From an uncultured Gammaproteobacteria bacterium (GTDB lineage: Bacteria > Pseudomonadota > Gammaproteobacteria > CAZYYU01): a DNA stretch of 64,000 bases. Position numbers and translations under genes: made by a program. Positions within the stretch are counted from its first letter, which is position 1. The number at the start of each line of letters is the position of its first letter. Under the pieces are notes generated by a model. It saw nothing but the letters and a program-made list of their open reading frames with translations, was not told the DNA's origin and ran no database searches. Positions 27,770 through 36,666 of this stretch are shown piece after piece. The DNA lies in assembly GCA_964651735.1 (NCBI GenBank), contig CAZYYU010000002.1:69931-133930 (forward strand). Reading direction: 5' to 3'.

Positions 27770-28950
27770 TGAATAAAGTGGATGTTTTAATTATTGGTGC
27801 TGGAGCCGCAGGTTTAATGTGCGCCATCGAAGCCGGGAAGCGTGCACGTAAAGTGCTTTTAATCGATCATGCGAATAAAGCAGGTAAAAAAATTCTCATG
27901 TCGGGAGGTGGTCGATGTAACTTTACGAATCTCGACATTCAAGCTCAACATTATATTTCTCAAAATCCGCATTTTTGCAAATCGGCTTTAAGCCGTTACA
28001 CACAATGGGATTTTATTCATTTAGTCAAAGACTACAAAATTCCCTTTCATGAAAAAACACATGGACAACTGTTTTGTGACAATAAATCCAAAGATATTCT
28101 TAATTTATTACTCAATGAATGTTCAAAAAACAAAGTTGATATTCGCTTAAATACAAGCGTTGATAAAATAATTAAACTTGATGAGGGAGGTTTTAAGCTC
28201 AAGACACATCAACAGAACATTCAATGCGAATCTTTAGTCATTGCGAGCGGTGGATTATCCATTCCAACCATGGGAGCAAGTCCCTTTGGTTATAAAGTTG
28301 CACAACAATTTAATATTCCGGTGTGGCCAACACGAGCTGGCTTGGTCCCTCTCACACTTCACACCGCTGATAAAGAAAAAATGACACCACTCTCTGGGGT
28401 TTCCGTCTATAGCCAAGTCAGTAATGACCGCATTTCTTTTACGGAAAATATCTTATTCACTCATAGAGGCTTAAGTGGTCCTGCTATTTTACAAATTTCC
28501 TCCTATTGGGAGCCCGGTGAAAGGATTAGGATTAATTTATTACCGAGGATGAACCTCGCTCAAACTATCAAAGATCATCAAAAAACAAATCCTAAACAAA
28601 GGCTTAAAACCCTATTAGCTCACTATCTGCCGAGTCGACTTGTTGATACTCTTTTAAATGTCTCCATGGCTGACACACCCATTAACCAATTATCAGCGCC
28701 TCAGCTTGAGCTTATTGCTGATGATATCCACCGCTGGACCCTTAAACCGAATAATACAGAGGGTTACCGAACTGCTGAAGTCACCCTCGGAGGTGTTGAT
28801 TGTCATGCAATTTCTTCTAAAACCATGGAAGTCACTCATACCCCAGGTTTATATTTTATTGGTGAAGTGTTAGATGTGACAGGTTGGCTAGGAGGATACA
28901 ATTTTCAATGGGCCTGGTCTTCAGGGTGGGCCGCCGGACAAGCTGTCTAG
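27769..28950 (+). CDS. NAD(P)/FAD-dependent oxidoreductase, HI0933/BaiN (YhiN) family.
   Basis: GAGAAGL dinucleotide fold, the GGGRCNFTN motif and a C-terminal GEVLDVTGWLGGYNFQWAW. Confidence 0.85.
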   Translation: MNKVDVLIIGAGAAGLMCAIEAGKRARKVLLIDHANKAGKKILMSGGGRCNFTNLDIQAQHYISQNPHFCKSALSRYTQWDFIHLVKDYKIPFHEKTHGQLFCDNKSKDILNLLLNECSKNKVDIRLNTSVDKIIKLDEGGFKLKTHQQNIQCESLVIASGGLSIPTMGASPFGYKVAQQFNIPVWPTRAGLVPLTLHTADKEKMTPLSGVSVYSQVSNDRISFTENILFTHRGLSGPAILQISSYWEPGERIRINLLPRMNLAQTIKDHQKTNPKQRLKTLLAHYLPSRLVDTLLNVSMADTPINQLSAPQLELIADDIHRWTLKPNNTEGYRTAEVTLGGVDCHAISSKTMEVTHTPGLYFIGEVLDVTGWLGGYNFQWAWSSGWAAGQAV

Positions 28951-29008
28951 CCTTGAAATATAAGGATGCACATGCTAACATGCGGCTTTTAACCTTAAGG
29001 AGAAACCA

Positions 29009-29344
29009 ATGAAAATTTCACGGACGCTAATTGCTGCTTTAGCTGCTTCAGCTTTAATTACAACTGGCGCATTTGCTCGTACACATCATCACCACCATCA
29101 TCATGCTTGCAAAACTCAAGTAACTAAGATCGATGCTAAAGATCCTAACGCTGAAAAAGCTTGTGAAGAAGCTGGCGGTAAAGTTGTTAAGCACAAACAC
29201 GGTCACAAAAACTGTGTGAAGAAAGAATGTGCTAAGAAAGAACATAAAGAAAATGCTAAAGAAGAAAATAAAGAAGAGAAAAAAGAAGAAAAGAAAGAAG
29301 AAGGCAGCAAAGAAGAAGGTGCTAAAGACCAATCTTCTCAATAG
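29009..29344 (+). CDS. Small secreted His7/Cys/Lys-Glu-rich protein.
   Basis: Signal peptide MKISRTLIAALAASALITTGAFA, then RTHHHHHHHAC, four further Cys and a KE-rich tail. GGAGA SD. An intrinsic terminator lies downstream. Confidence 0.75.
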   Translation: MKISRTLIAALAASALITTGAFARTHHHHHHHACKTQVTKIDAKDPNAEKACEEAGGKVVKHKHGHKNCVKKECAKKEHKENAKEENKEEKKEEKKEEGSKEEGAKDQSSQ

Positions 29345-29365
29345 TCCATTTGTTCATGTAAATCT

Positions 29366-29402
29366 CCACAGATTAGTAATGCTAGTCTGTGGGGAATTTT
29401 TT
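29366..29402 (+). terminator. Rho-independent terminator.
   Basis: Stem CCACAGATTAG / CTAGTCTGTGG (10 of 11 bp), loop TAATG, followed by GGAATTTTTT. Confidence 0.75.
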
Positions 29403-29415
29403 AAAGGATGAAATC

Positions 29416-29661
29416 ATGAAACTCTCAACCCTATTAATTGCGACTTCTGTTATTGTTATCTCAAATGCTTCTTTTGCTTCAATCAATCTCAATTCCAGCA
29501 AATCCAATGCTCCTGTAGCTACTCCTCCCACGACTGTAGCTGAAAAAGCTTGTATTGCAGGAGGCGGTAAGATTGAAACTGACAAAAATGGTAAGAAATT
29601 CTGTGTCAAGCAAACACCGGAAACTCCATCGAAACCAACCACGCTAAAACCAAGCAAATAA
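29416..29661 (+). CDS. Small secreted protein, paralogue of 29009..29344.
   Basis: ATG 29416 (MKLSTLLIATSVIVISNASFA signal peptide; AGGA SD) is preferred over the track start 29389. Shares EKAC-x3-GGK-x8/9-K-x-CVK with its neighbour. Confidence 0.7.
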   Translation: MKLSTLLIATSVIVISNASFASINLNSSKSNAPVATPPTTVAEKACIAGGGKIETDKNGKKFCVKQTPETPSKPTTLKPSK

Positions 29662-29758
29662 TAGCCTTCTAATCAGACACTAAGCCTATATCGTTATTGT
29701 TTTTGGAAGTTGAATCGCTTAGAATAAAAGCTCGGTCTAGTTTCAAAGGAGTAACGAT

Positions 29759-30226
29759 ATGCATTCCTATGATGAAAATACAGATCTATCTTCTATCATT
29801 CGTGCTTGTCTCAATCTCATTCAAAGCAAAAGACCTGATCTTAAGCGAACAAAAAGCCAAACCGTGGCAACTAGTGAACTTTGGTTTATCGAAGTTGATT
29901 TGAAAAAAATCACCTCTTTACCGGAATTTTTAAGCTGGGTAAAAGAACGATTCTCCCCCCAATTTAACCTTCATCGAAATGATAATAATAAACACGTGGC
30001 AAAAATGTTTAATGCCATTGCAGATGAAATTTTAAAACAAGTTCAACAATCTCAAAATGTTGATATAGAAAATCAACAACTTATTGCGAATTTATTAGGA
30101 AGAGCAGACTTGAAAAAAAGTCTTGAACGCACCTTAACACCTGTACTTACAGTTCCTCTTGATAATGATGAAATGGATAATGAGGAACACTGGAGTGATA
30201 CCTTACAATCATTAACGAAACAGTGA
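29759..30226 (+). CDS. Hypothetical protein (155 aa) with an acidic C-terminus.
   Basis: ORF with a GGAG SD. No recognisable motif. Lies 31 nt upstream of the next gene on the same strand. Confidence 0.55.
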   Translation: MHSYDENTDLSSIIRACLNLIQSKRPDLKRTKSQTVATSELWFIEVDLKKITSLPEFLSWVKERFSPQFNLHRNDNNKHVAKMFNAIADEILKQVQQSQNVDIENQQLIANLLGRADLKKSLERTLTPVLTVPLDNDEMDNEEHWSDTLQSLTKQ

Positions 30227-30257
30227 TAAATTTATTCCAAAGGTTTTATTATATAAA

Positions 30258-32615
30258 ATGAGCAACAAAATTGAAGAAAGCCAAGAAAAGAGCCCAGAAT
30301 CTTTATTACTCAAGCTGATTGATCTCATTCCTAAATTTTATCCAAATCGATATTATTTTAACCGAGGTACAGAAACCATCACAGAAGCCAATATCATTAT
30401 TGATGCACTATTAGACCTCGAATTAACTGAACCGCAGATTAAAGAATTGTTGAGGAAATTAACAACTGATGATGAACAAAAAAAATTATGTCAAATGACA
30501 TTGAGAGAAACTGAAGCATATATTATTGAAAAAATATATTTCAAAGAAAATCTGGAAACATTTTGGAATGCATATAACGATGATGAAATTGATGAAGAGG
30601 TATGTATTAGTCTCATCAGTGATGATCCTCATATACAAAAACAACAATTGCAAATTACACTCGGGATACTAGGTCCATACACTAAGGGTGGTAGAATAAT
30701 AGCTGAGCACCAGAACAAACGATTAAAACTTCAGGAAGCACTCATTCAAAAACTGAGTGAGGAAGAACAAAGGAATCCCTCAATCCTACCTTTTCTCTCC
30801 AGTGTTTTAAGAGAATTCGTTTTTCGTCCCTGTGATGGGGGGCAAATCCCCAGCCCTAATGCTAGTACAACGATTAAATTATTGATGGATGCTGGAGCAG
30901 ACCCCAATTTTGATCACCTAGATATTAACTATCAAAGTCCAGGTGAGGATTTTGTCAATTTCCATTTTGCAGGAATTACACTTCTTGAAGAAGTTTCTCA
31001 GCATAAAAACCTTAATGCCGAAACAATCATTGAAAACAAAAAAATGCAGCGTGAATTAGAAAAAAAGCCAGTCAAGATAGCAAATTCTCCCGAAATTTTA
31101 CTTTGTAATCTTGTACATCTTATTAATGGCATTAAAGAAGGAGGAGGAAGAGACCGCAAAGGTACCGCTGTACGAATGGTTAACGAACTGATAGAACATG
31201 GGTATCATGAAAAAAATTTGAATAAATTATTCGATTTCGTAAAACTAAACTATTTCAAAAAATATGATAAACGTGAAGATGATGATGAAATAAAAAAATC
31301 GCTCCCCAGTGCCTTTATGATGGCTGAAGATTTTATTCGTGATATAATGCGCGAAAAAAAGCTTCTTGAGGATTTTCAAAATGCTTTTGAAAGTGTTGAT
31401 GACGAAGATGATGACTGTGTGCATTATCTTAGTGATAATCCCGAAACGCTCAAGAAACAATTACAAATAGCGTTAGGAGTCTATACAAAACTACACACTC
31501 CATGGCATTTTACGAACAAAAGAATTAATCTTCAGAGAGAAATTATTGAGAGAATTCAAGATCAGGTATTTCTTAGTTGTGCTTTAAGAGATTTCGTCTT
31601 TCAATGCTGCTGTTTTGGACAAATACCCTGTCCTAATGCGCCTGAAACTGTGCAATTGTTAATAAATGCAGGAGCAGATCCAAACATTGATCACTTTGAG
31701 AGTTATTATGACTCTCCAGGAGCAAAAGCAACAGCATGGAATGATGGTTGCTCACTCTATGAGGAGGTGTCTCTCTTTTCCTTTGGCCCTATTTTTGCAG
31801 GCAGAGCCATTTGGGATGTTTTAACTCAAAGACCCAAGAAAAAAATCATCAATTCACCCGAGATTTTACTGTGTAATCTGATTAATACCGTATCTGGCTT
31901 TCTCAGTCAACCTGAAGATCCTTCGCGTAAAAACATAGAACGTGCTAAAAAAATATCAATAGAGCTGTTGACTACTGTAGAATCATTTGAAGATTTATAC
32001 CATTTATTTCAGAGAGTTAAAAATCAATATTATCAAGATATTGATAAATTAAATGACGATGACCCCAAAAAAATAAAATTCTTATCATCCTTTCGAGGTG
32101 CGGAAGCCCTAATTCTTGAATCCTTATATCAGTGTGAGCGGCATGATGAACATCGTTTATTACATATGATGAAAATTTCCCTCTTCTTTGCACCCCTAAT
32201 TTTACCACTGATTTTTACCGCCATCGTTGCTATTCTTTATGCAATAAAAACACATCATTCAAACTATTTAGTTAAAAAAACAGACCTCACTCTTGAGGAG
32301 TTCACTGGTAGATTTACTCATAAAGATAGAGTAGATATTCACCCAGCGGACAGTGACGAAGAAATCGTTGATAAAATTGAACACAGCTATGCCATGAAAT
32401 TACCTGTAAAATCCAAAGACGAAAATAAACAGCTACGAAAAGCCGTAGTCTTCAATCGAAAAATAATTAGCCCTGGCTCCTTAGATATTCCATACTTCAG
32501 ATTAGTAAATATCTTTAATGGAACCTCTGCAATTTCACCCAAGGAAGAAGGCAAATTAAAGACGGATGTGCGAATTTATGAAGTCAATATTGATGAGACT
32601 TCGCATAACCCCTAG
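30258..32615 (+). CDS. Modular repeat protein (785 aa): 2.5 tandem ~256-264-aa modules with ankyrin-like motifs and one C-terminal TM helix. Effector-like.
   Basis: Module starts are KSPESLLLKLIDLI (about 30291), NSPEILLCNLVHLI (31083) and NSPEILLCNLINTV (31851). Repeated REFVFRPCDGGQIPSPNASTTIKLLMDAGADPNFDH / RDFVFQCCCFGQIPCPNAPETVQLLINAGADPNIDH. TM helix is ISLFFAPLILPLIFTAIVAILYAI. Confidence 0.7.
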   Translation: MSNKIEESQEKSPESLLLKLIDLIPKFYPNRYYFNRGTETITEANIIIDALLDLELTEPQIKELLRKLTTDDEQKKLCQMTLRETEAYIIEKIYFKENLETFWNAYNDDEIDEEVCISLISDDPHIQKQQLQITLGILGPYTKGGRIIAEHQNKRLKLQEALIQKLSEEEQRNPSILPFLSSVLREFVFRPCDGGQIPSPNASTTIKLLMDAGADPNFDHLDINYQSPGEDFVNFHFAGITLLEEVSQHKNLNAETIIENKKMQRELEKKPVKIANSPEILLCNLVHLINGIKEGGGRDRKGTAVRMVNELIEHGYHEKNLNKLFDFVKLNYFKKYDKREDDDEIKKSLPSAFMMAEDFIRDIMREKKLLEDFQNAFESVDDEDDDCVHYLSDNPETLKKQLQIALGVYTKLHTPWHFTNKRINLQREIIERIQDQVFLSCALRDFVFQCCCFGQIPCPNAPETVQLLINAGADPNIDHFESYYDSPGAKATAWNDGCSLYEEVSLFSFGPIFAGRAIWDVLTQRPKKKIINSPEILLCNLINTVSGFLSQPEDPSRKNIERAKKISIELLTTVESFEDLYHLFQRVKNQYYQDIDKLNDDDPKKIKFLSSFRGAEALILESLYQCERHDEHRLLHMMKISLFFAPLILPLIFTAIVAILYAIKTHHSNYLVKKTDLTLEEFTGRFTHKDRVDIHPADSDEEIVDKIEHSYAMKLPVKSKDENKQLRKAVVFNRKIISPGSLDIPYFRLVNIFNGTSAISPKEEGKLKTDVRIYEVNIDETSHNP

Positions 32616-32643
32616 TAATAAAGTTCGAAAGTTAGCGTTTATC

Positions 32644-32739
32644 TTGTCATCCCAGTAGATACCGCGATCCTGTATTATTATATAATGACTTAAATCCCAT
32701 TATATAAAGAATGGATCCAGACCTCCGCCGAGATGACAA
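32644..32739. repeat. Degenerate copy of the GTCATCC...GGATGAC palindromic repeat family.
   Basis: TTGTCATCCCAGTAGATACCGCGATCC ... GGATCCAGACCTCCGCCGAGATGACAA inverted arms with an AT-rich centre. Confidence 0.6.
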
Positions 32740-32853
32740 TCATTGTTGTTGTATCCTTCACTAGTAAACCCTAATAAAACGATTGTTTTTTGATAATAAT
32801 AGCCTTAGAATCACCGCTTCATTCATATCTTTGATAGGACGCTCTTTATAACC

Positions 32854-33951
32854 ATGAAAAAACCCATCATACAAATTGAAAATCTTTCCAAAACCTTTGG
32901 AGATCATGAAGCCTTGAATAATATCAATCTGACGATCTTTGATGGAGAATTTTTGACCTTATTGGGTCCTTCGGGTTGTGGGAAGACTACGCTACTGCGT
33001 ATTTTAGCGGGCTTTGAAGCGCCTGATGCTGGAAAGATATTGCTGAATGGGGAGAATATTACACAAACTCCTCCCGAACATCGTCATGTGAATATGGTGT
33101 TTCAAAATTATGCTCTTTTTCCCCACATGAGTGTCTTTGAGAATGTGGCCTTTGGATTGAGATGTCAAAAAGTGCCTGAAAAAGAGATCGAAAAACGGGT
33201 CGCTGAAGTTTTAGATATCGTTCACTTAGGATCATTCGCAACACGCAAACCTGAAAATTTAAGTGGTGGTCAGCAACAACGAGTGGCCTTAGCTCGGGCA
33301 GTGGTCAACAGGCCCCTTGTACTTTTATTGGATGAACCATTCAGTGCACTGGATTACAGTTTACGAAAACGAATGCGTGTAGAGTTGCAACAATTACAAC
33401 GTGAATTAGGAATTACCTTTATTTTTGTCACACACGATCAAGAAGAGGCCTTATCGTTGTCGGACCGAATTGTTATTTTAAACCAAGGAAATATTGAGCA
33501 AGTAGATAGTGCTCGTCAAGTTTATGAAGAACCCAAAAATTTATTTGCAGCAAAATTTATTGGTGAAGCGAATATTTTTGATGTAGTTGTATTAAGCTCT
33601 GATGAAGACACTATGCATGTCAACATTGAAAATAAGCCTTTTAAGCTCATGAATAAATTGGACGCTAAAGCAGGTGATAAATTTCATGTCATCATTCGTC
33701 CTGAAGATTTACAAGTATGGGATGTCACTGAGGTCAATCAATATGAAGATAAATTGCCAGGAATCGTTGAACAAGTTATTTATAAAGGCAGTACAGTGGA
33801 TTTAATTATCCATTTGGATAGTGGCAAACAGTTATCGGCAAGTCAATTTTTCAATGAGGATGATCCAAACCTGAGTTATAACGTCGGTGAAAAAGTATGG
33901 GTTGAGTGGATGCTGGGATGGGAGGTCATCCGACCCTATGAACATGATTAA
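32854..33951 (+). CDS. potA: Spermidine/putrescine ABC transporter ATP-binding protein.
   Basis: Walker A GPSGCGKTT, signature LSGGQQQRVALARA, Walker B LLLLDEP, and a PotA-type C-terminal domain. Confidence 0.93.
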   Translation: MKKPIIQIENLSKTFGDHEALNNINLTIFDGEFLTLLGPSGCGKTTLLRILAGFEAPDAGKILLNGENITQTPPEHRHVNMVFQNYALFPHMSVFENVAFGLRCQKVPEKEIEKRVAEVLDIVHLGSFATRKPENLSGGQQQRVALARAVVNRPLVLLLDEPFSALDYSLRKRMRVELQQLQRELGITFIFVTHDQEEALSLSDRIVILNQGNIEQVDSARQVYEEPKNLFAAKFIGEANIFDVVVLSSDEDTMHVNIENKPFKLMNKLDAKAGDKFHVIIRPEDLQVWDVTEVNQYEDKLPGIVEQVIYKGSTVDLIIHLDSGKQLSASQFFNEDDPNLSYNVGEKVWVEWMLGWEVIRPYEHD

Positions 33952-34789
33952 TCGATTTAAATTTCTCAGTGTATCTATTTCCTGGTTTTGGTTATTGGTC
34001 TTTACCTTAATCCCATCAGGATTAATATTTATGAGTACACTTTCTTATCACCCCATTGAAATGTATACCATTAAATTTACTCTCTCTAATTTTAGAGATT
34101 TATTTAATCTCACCTACTTACATATATTTCTCCGATCGATTTTTGTTTCCTGTGTATCGACGATTTTATGTCTGGTGATTGCTTATCCATTCGCGTATAT
34201 CCTTTCACAAGCCCCTCAAAAGTTAAAAAATATTATGCTACTTCTGGTCATCATCCCTTTTTGGACCAGTTCTTTAATTCGTGCTTATGCGATCATGGCA
34301 TTATTAAAAGCTAAAGGTATTATCAACAGCTTCTTACTGAGTTTAGGTCTTATAGATCACCCCATTCAACTGCTCTATACCGATACAGCTCTATTTATAG
34401 GGCTGGTATACACCCTACTTCCTTTTATGATTCTACCTTTGTATGCCAATATGGAACGTCTGGATAAAACCATGATCGAAGCGGCCAGAGATTTAGGGGC
34501 AAATCGCATCAGAGTATTTACAAAAATTTTATTACCCATGACGATGCCCGGTATTTTATCGGGAATTATGTTGGTCTTCTTCCCCGCCATGACTTTATTT
34601 TACTTACCTGCGCTCTTAGGTGGGGCTAAAAGTATGTTATTGGGTAATTTAATTCAAAATCAATTTCTCACTGCGAATAACTGGCCTCAGGGATCTGCTA
34701 CGAGTATTGCATTGATTACAATTATGGTGTTGTGGTTGATGATTTATTGGAAATTTACTACTCGATCGGATCGGGAAGGCTTGTTATGA
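33938..34789 (+). CDS. potB: Spermidine/putrescine ABC transporter permease.
   Basis: Polytopic permease with the EAA loop EAARDLGANRIRVF. ATG 33938 (MNMINRF) overlaps the potA end; the track start 33887 is unlikely. Confidence 0.88.
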   Translation: MNMINRFKFLSVSISWFWLLVFTLIPSGLIFMSTLSYHPIEMYTIKFTLSNFRDLFNLTYLHIFLRSIFVSCVSTILCLVIAYPFAYILSQAPQKLKNIMLLLVIIPFWTSSLIRAYAIMALLKAKGIINSFLLSLGLIDHPIQLLYTDTALFIGLVYTLLPFMILPLYANMERLDKTMIEAARDLGANRIRVFTKILLPMTMPGILSGIMLVFFPAMTLFYLPALLGGAKSMLLGNLIQNQFLTANNWPQGSATSIALITIMVLWLMIYWKFTTRSDREGLL

Positions 34790-34809
34790 TGATATTAAGA
34801 TCTCCTCCT

Positions 34810-34846
34810 CTGTCACGTTGTGACAGCTCCCCCAGCAAGGGGGAGC
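34810..34846. repeat. Two tandem hairpins in the potB-potC spacer; the second (GCTCCCCC-N5-GGGGGAGC) contains the potC SD.
   Basis: CTGTCACGTTGTGACAG (34810-34826) and GCTCCCCCAGCAAGGGGGAGC (34826-34846). GGGAG lies 5 nt before the potC ATG at 34851. Confidence 0.7.
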
Positions 34847-34850
34847 AGAG

Positions 34851-35618
34851 ATGAAAAAAACGCTTAAATTATTGTATTGCTTTTTAATTTATGCGTTTTT
34901 ATATGCTCCCATTTTTGTAGTGATAGCTTATTCTTTCAATGATTCCCGTCGTTCATCACTATGGCATGGATTTACCTGGAAGTGGTACTCACAATTGATC
35001 AGTGATAAAGCCTTATTAGTGGTTGCTAGTCATTCATTGATCATCGCTGTAATCTCAGCAAGCATCGCAACCATGATGGGAACACTGATCGCAACCGCTT
35101 TACAACGCTATGATTTTATTGGAAAACGCAGCTTATATACCGTCAGTTTTATGATGGTAATTTCACCGGATATCGTCATGGCTATCGCATTATTAATGTT
35201 ATACAGCTTCTTTTTTATTCCTTTAGGGTTTCTGTCTTTAACGATTGCACATATTTCGTTCTGCTTGCCCTATGTCATTATTATTGTTTATTCTCGACTC
35301 AAAAGTTTAAATAAAAATTTATTTGAGGCTGCTAAAGATTTGGGTGCTACTGATAGCACTATTTTTATAAAGGTACTGGCACCATTGCTCTTACCAGCGC
35401 TTGTTGCGGGTTGGTTGATCAGCTTTACCCTCTCTCTGGATGATGTGATTATCAGTTATTTCGTCTCTGGACCGACTTACGATATTCTTCCATTGAAAAT
35501 TTATTCGATGGCCAAATTGGGAGTGAGTCCCGAACTCAATGCCTTATGTTCAGTAATATTTATCCTAACATTGTTTACTATTTTAATAGCACAGTTTTTT
35601 TCGAGGAAAAAGCAATGA
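34851..35618 (+). CDS. potC: Spermidine/putrescine ABC transporter permease.
   Basis: Permease with the EAA loop EAAKDLGATDSTIF; operon position. Confidence 0.9.
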   Translation: MKKTLKLLYCFLIYAFLYAPIFVVIAYSFNDSRRSSLWHGFTWKWYSQLISDKALLVVASHSLIIAVISASIATMMGTLIATALQRYDFIGKRSLYTVSFMMVISPDIVMAIALLMLYSFFFIPLGFLSLTIAHISFCLPYVIIIVYSRLKSLNKNLFEAAKDLGATDSTIFIKVLAPLLLPALVAGWLISFTLSLDDVIISYFVSGPTYDILPLKIYSMAKLGVSPELNALCSVIFILTLFTILIAQFFSRKKQ

Positions 35619-36643
35619 GAATCTTTTATTTACTTGCCTTTTTACTCTTTGCCCCCCTCAGTTTTGCAGTTAGTAATTCTCTCAATGTTTACACCTGGGC
35701 CGATTTTCTACCCCCCTATGTCATTCAACAATTTGAAAAAGAAACAGGAATAACTGTCTATGTGACTGAATATGAAAACAACGAAACATTATATGCCAAA
35801 TTAAAAATTGCAAAAAACCCCAATTATGATGTGGTATTTCCCAGCAGTTATTTTATGCCAAAACTCTTAAAAGCAAAATTGTTGCAAAAACTCGATAAAA
35901 AATCATTGCCCAATTTTAAACATTTGGATCCACAATTTACGAATCAAATATTCGATCCCAATAATATTTACAGCGTTCCTTATCTGTGGACAACGGTCGG
36001 CATTATCGTCAATAAACGTTATTTTGATCCTCATAAAATCACATATTGGAAAGATTTTTGGAAACCCGAATTTGAAAATAAAATTCTCTTGCTGGATGAA
36101 GCCAGAGATGTTTCCTCCTTGGCCTTATTTGTCTTAGGATATTCTCCCAATGATAAAGATCCAAAACATATCAAAGAGGCCTTTGACCTACTCATTAAAT
36201 TATTACCCAATGTTCGCTTATTTAATACGGCCACGATTCCTAATGTTTATATAGACGAAGACATCACTATTGGCATGGCCTGGAGTGGCGAAGCCTATCA
36301 TGGCATCCAAGAAAACCCTGATTTAGTGTATATTTACCCCCAAGAAGGCTTCCCTATCAGTTTAGATTGCATAGCTATTCCAGCCAATGCTCAAAACACC
36401 CAAAATGCCCTCACTTTCATTAATTTCCTACTTCGCCCTGATATAGCTGCTCAATTAACCATCCATACGGGTGGCGGAACCCCTAATTTGAGTGCTAGGA
36501 AGCTATTACCTCAGCAGATCCGTGAGAATCCGGTGATCAATCCCAGCACAGAAATTTTAAAACGCGCTAAATTTCAGCTAGACTTAGAAGAGGCAAATGT
36601 GATCTATGAAAAGTATTGGGAAAACCTGAAGGTTTCAGCCTGA
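35615..36643 (+). CDS. potD: Spermidine/putrescine-binding periplasmic protein.
   Basis: ATGA overlap with the potC stop. Signal peptide MRIFYLLAFLLFAPLSFA. PotD/PotF-like body (VYTWADFLPP, PSSYF, YLWTTVGI). Confidence 0.9.
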   Translation: MRIFYLLAFLLFAPLSFAVSNSLNVYTWADFLPPYVIQQFEKETGITVYVTEYENNETLYAKLKIAKNPNYDVVFPSSYFMPKLLKAKLLQKLDKKSLPNFKHLDPQFTNQIFDPNNIYSVPYLWTTVGIIVNKRYFDPHKITYWKDFWKPEFENKILLLDEARDVSSLALFVLGYSPNDKDPKHIKEAFDLLIKLLPNVRLFNTATIPNVYIDEDITIGMAWSGEAYHGIQENPDLVYIYPQEGFPISLDCIAIPANAQNTQNALTFINFLLRPDIAAQLTIHTGGGTPNLSARKLLPQQIRENPVINPSTEILKRAKFQLDLEEANVIYEKYWENLKVSA

Positions 36644-36666
36644 ACCATAACTATTGGAGACTATAA

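Noticed and set aside
29054-29341. 95-aa minus-strand ORF (and the 29229..29411 + ORF) overlapping the His/KE-rich gene.
   Set aside because: They are artefacts of low-complexity AAG/GAA repeats (poly-F/L/K translations). The sense ORF has a signal peptide, an SD and a terminator.
29759-32615. Possibility that the 155-aa and 785-aa ORFs are one gene split by a frameshift.
   Set aside because: They are in different frames (29759 and 30258 differ modulo 3), with a clean stop and a 31-nt spacer. I saw no sequence continuity across the junction and no slippery run.
33887-33937. Upstream extensions of potB (from 33887), potD (from 35546), pgeF (from 61041), the NRAMP gene (from 59710), phr (from 48122), dnaQ (from 46231) and the hydrolase (from 40277).
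   Set aside because: Shorter starts give ATGA-type or short overlaps with the upstream gene, a proper signal peptide or conserved N-terminus, and better SD sequences.
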